Positions 37,166 to 39,717 of a stretch of 39,717 nt of DNA are shown here, piece after piece (position 1 is the first letter of the stretch; each line of letters begins with the position of its first letter). Source of the stretch: Bacteroidetes bacterium QS_8_64_10 (lineage in GTDB: Bacteria; Bacteroidota; Rhodothermia; Rhodothermales; Salinibacteraceae); the NCBI GenBank assembly GCA_003022505.1, contig PXTQ01000124.1, positions 1 through 39,717 of the forward strand. The letters run 5' to 3'. The position numbers were made by a program, and so were the translations under genes. The notes below the pieces were generated by a model. The model did no database searches. It was given only the letters and a program-made list of their open reading frames with translations, and was not told the DNA's origin.

Positions 37166-37854
37166 TGGCGAGGGACGTTCGTTAAGAGTCAGTGATAGCG
37201 GGCGCGACGCTGCAAGTCTAACCGCAACGCCGGCTTGAAGGTCCGTGCGACCTCTGCCAGCTGCAATAACTTTGCCGAATGGTGAGCCGTCGAGCGGGTT
37301 GCTGAAATCGACCGGGGTAGATAACGCAAGTTGTGCCTTGCCGAAATGATGTTGCCTCACGACGGCGGACCGCGGACGGCAGACCGCGCCCCATCATGGA
37401 ACCAACTCTCACAATCCGAGAACGGCGGCCAGCGGCGGTCCGCCGTCTGCCGATCACCGGCTTCTTGGCTACATGACACACAACTAATGAGGTGACATGC
37501 TAAATCACGTACATGTCGCGCCTCAACAGTATTCTTTCTCTTCTGAGGAATCATCCGGCAAGAGCAGACCTAACTGAACGGAACGCCAAGCGTGCACAGT
37601 CGTTTCGAGAGTCTATCCTCGGTTCCTGACAAAAACTGGACCGTAGAATGGCCCACAGATCTACGCGGATAAAACGGATAAATGTGGCTTGTTATCCCGC
37701 TATTTGATGTGATATTCCCCCTCTAATCCGCGCCTGTCTGTGTGCGCTTTTTTGTCGCGTACACGAAAGGAATCTGCCTGTCACGCTCATCAACTCACTC
37801 CGCCTATTTTCAACGCTACGACGCTCGCTCGCTTTTCGTCGTATCACCGTTCTT

Positions 37855-39717
37855 ATGCGTTGCCGCAATAGGTTCGCGTGCCGGCTGACTATCCTCGCCG
37901 GCCTCCTCGCCGCTGCCGTCGCCCCGCTCTCCGCTCACGCACAGGGCTGGGGCACGCTCGAAGGGCGCGTCACGAGCGCCGAGGATCAGGGGCCGGTTCC
38001 CGGCGCGTCCGTCCTGGTGGCCGGCACCAACTTCGGCACCGCCGCCGGCGGAGACGGCGCCTACGAGCTGAGCATTCCCGAAGGCGAGTACGTCATTCGC
38101 ATCACGGCGCTCGGCTACGAGGCGCACGTCGACACCGTTGTGCTGCGCCGCGACGAGACGACCCGCCTGAATGCCGCGCTCGAACGGTCGGTGGAGGAGA
38201 TCGAGGAGCTGACCGTGAGAGACTCGACCGTCGTGCGGGACGCCGGCGTCTACGAACTCGATCCGGAGGACGTGCGCGACATGCCCTCGCCCATCAACGA
38301 CGCGCTGCGCGCCCTGAAGGTGCTGCCGGGCGTGGCGACCAACAGCGAGTTGTCGAACCAGTATTCAGTGCGCGGCGGCGGCTTCAACGAGAATTTAATT
38401 TTTGTAAACGGCTTCGAGGTGTTCTTGCCGTTTCGCCCGCGCCAGGGCGAGCAGGAGGGCCTGAGCCTCGTCAATCCGGGGCTGGCCGAGCAGGTGACGT
38501 TTTACACGGGCGGCTTCCCGCCGCGTTACGGCGGTAAGCTCTCCTCGGCGCTGGACGTGCAGTACGTGACGCCGCGCGACCAGGAGTTGCACGGTTCGGC
38601 CTACGCCTCGCTGATGGGCGCGGGCGCTACCGTCAGCGGCGGCGCGCTTGACGGGCGGCTCGGCACGGCGCTCTCGGTGCGCAGCGCAAGCAACGGGCGG
38701 CTCTTCGGCACGCAGGAGCTGGAAGGCAACTACCGCGCCGACTTCAACGACGTGCAGGGGTTGCTCAACTTCAAGCTGGCCGATGGGCATCGCCTCCAGA
38801 CACTCGGCATGTGGGCCGACTACGACTATCGCCTGAAGCCCGACAACCGTCGTTCCTACTTTGGCATCGTCAGCCTCAATCCCGAACTCTCCGATACGGA
38901 TCTCAAATCGCTTCAGACCAGCTACGACGACGACTCCTTCGAGCGCGACGGCTACGAGACGCGCTTCGGGGGCGTGCGCCTCGAAAACCGGCTCTCCAAC
39001 CGGCTGCGCATCGAGCACGACCTCGCTTATTTTCAGACCATTGAGACGGAAGAGCTTTTCGTCAGCGGCGCCTCGACGCTCACGCAGGTCAACCAGGGGG
39101 GCACGCCCATCCGCCGCATCGAGTCGGGCACGCAAACCGACGCAGCGGACAACCGCGTGAGCGTGCGCTCGCTGACCGGCAAGGGGCGCTACCGCTACAC
39201 CGCCGGTCGCCACGCCGCCGAGGCGGGCTGGAGCCTGCGGCGCTTCCGCTTCGAGGACCGCCTCCGCGAGAAGACCGTGCTCAAAAATGCGGAGGTGTTC
39301 AACGTCGACGGCACCCTCGATACGACGTATCAACGCACCGTCGTCGACAGCCTCTACGACGACGCTCGCCTCAACGCGACGAAGGCCGGTGCGTACGTGC
39401 AAGACGCTACCAGCTTTCTGAACGACCGGTTCGTGCTCACCGCCGGGGTGCGCGCCGACTACTTTTCGTTTAACGACGAGTGGACCGCCTCCCCGCGTCT
39501 CTCGGCGCGCTATGAGCTTACTGACCGGACGACCCTGATGGGATCGGTGGGCCTCTACCATCAGGCCCCCACCTACCGCGAGTTTCGCGGGCAGACGCAA
39601 GTCGTCGCCAACATCGACAGCAACCTGAACCGCAATCTCGAAGCGCAGCGCTCGCTTCAGTTTGTGCTGGGCGGCGAGCACTTCGTGCCCTCGAAGCGCC
39701 TCTACCTGCGCGCCGAG
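37855..39717 (+). CDS. TonB-dependent outer-membrane receptor with N-terminal CarboxypepD_reg-like domain (3' end beyond window)
   Basis: Own translation, open to the window end and absent from the ORF track: MRCRNRFACRLTILAGLLAAAVAPLSAHAQGWGTLEGRVTSAEDQGPVPGASVLVAGTNFGTAAGGDGAYELSIPEGEYVIRITALGYE... This is a signal peptide plus CarboxypepD_reg domain. The plug region is LRALKVLPGVATNSELSNQYSVRGGGFNENLIFVNGFEV...TFYTGGFPPRYGGKLSSALDVQY, followed by barrel strands. The 428-aa minus-strand ORF is its shadow. Confidence 0.8.
   Translation, partial: MRCRNRFACRLTILAGLLAAAVAPLSAHAQGWGTLEGRVTSAEDQGPVPGASVLVAGTNFGTAAGGDGAYELSIPEGEYVIRITALGYEAHVDTVVLRRDETTRLNAALERSVEEIEELTVRDSTVVRDAGVYELDPEDVRDMPSPINDALRALKVLPGVATNSELSNQYSVRGGGFNENLIFVNGFEVFLPFRPRQGEQEGLSLVNPGLAEQVTFYTGGFPPRYGGKLSSALDVQYVTPRDQELHGSAYASLMGAGATVSGGALDGRLGTALSVRSASNGRLFGTQELEGNYRADFNDVQGLLNFKLADGHRLQTLGMWADYDYRLKPDNRRSYFGIVSLNPELSDTDLKSLQTSYDDDSFERDGYETRFGGVRLENRLSNRLRIEHDLAYFQTIETEELFVSGASTLTQVNQGGTPIRRIESGTQTDAADNRVSVRSLTGKGRYRYTAGRHAAEAGWSLRRFRFEDRLREKTVLKNAEVFNVDGTLDTTYQRTVVDSLYDDARLNATKAGAYVQDATSFLNDRFVLTAGVRADYFSFNDEWTASPRLSARYELTDRTTLMGSVGLYHQAPTYREFRGQTQVVANIDSNLNRNLEAQRSLQFVLGGEHFVPSKRLYLRAE

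Noticed and set aside
37200-37480. Possible cobalamin or other riboswitch upstream of the TonB-dependent receptor
   Set aside because: I could not find the B12-box/GCCACTG core or any other riboswitch consensus by eye. Only generic GC-rich inverted repeats are present. It is kept as a structural observation, not as an ncRNA call.
38395-39681. 428-aa minus-strand ORF at the right end
   Set aside because: It lies antisense to the open plus-strand frame starting at 37855. That frame encodes a signal peptide, a CarboxypepD_reg domain and a TonB-receptor plug. The minus translation is an Arg/Ala/Val-rich shadow.
1-39717. Search for tRNA, rRNA, tmRNA, RNase P RNA and CRISPR arrays
   Set aside because: No T-loop/GTTCGAATC-type tRNA signatures were found outside coding frames. 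No regularly spaced identical 25-40-nt direct repeats and no rRNA-like conserved blocks were seen by eye. A tRNAscan-SE, Infernal and CRISPR-finder run would be the decisive check.

Overview
High-GC (~65%) bacterial chromosomal window, probably Bacteroidota/Rhodothermota-like. That inference rests on a ~2,480-codon SprA (type IX secretion/gliding) gene, a stand-alone nuoI, and a CarboxypepD_reg-type TonB-dependent receptor. Left third (1-8.4 kb) is housekeeping: holA 5' end, DinB-like, nuoI, purQ, rhomboid protease, UPF0182 membrane protein, YdbT-like bPH protein. Middle (8.5-22.5 kb) is a Wzx/Wzy-type surface-polysaccharide locus: Wzz-like co-polymerase, Wzy/O-antigen-ligase-like polymerase, Wzx flippase, three GT4 glycosyltransferases and an extended-SDR epimerase. 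It also holds three unassignable genes, a convergent secreted GH16-like protein and a MITE-like insertion. Its core (about 9.7-20 kb) drops to ~45-52% GC. Right part (22.5-39.7 kb): tsaD, a small secreted protein, rsfS, a lipoprotein, DUF423, lipB, sprA, an S41 C-terminal processing protease, and the 5' part of a TonB-dependent receptor. No rRNA, tRNA or CRISPR array was recognised. I see no clearly self-contained novel system such as a defence island. Points worth follow-up: (1) a 320-bp element with perfect 14-bp terminal inverted repeats and a 6-bp target duplication, next to a start codon; (2) a recurring class of intergenic hairpins built from degenerate ~7-nt tandem repeats; (3) a low-GC three-gene module of unknown function inside the glycan operon; (4) six local lesions (frameshifts or short internal deletions) confined to conserved genes (sprA x3, ctp, tsaD, ydbT-like), meaning either collapsed assembly gaps or real gene decay. 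All family assignments come from motif recognition by eye, not from database searches.
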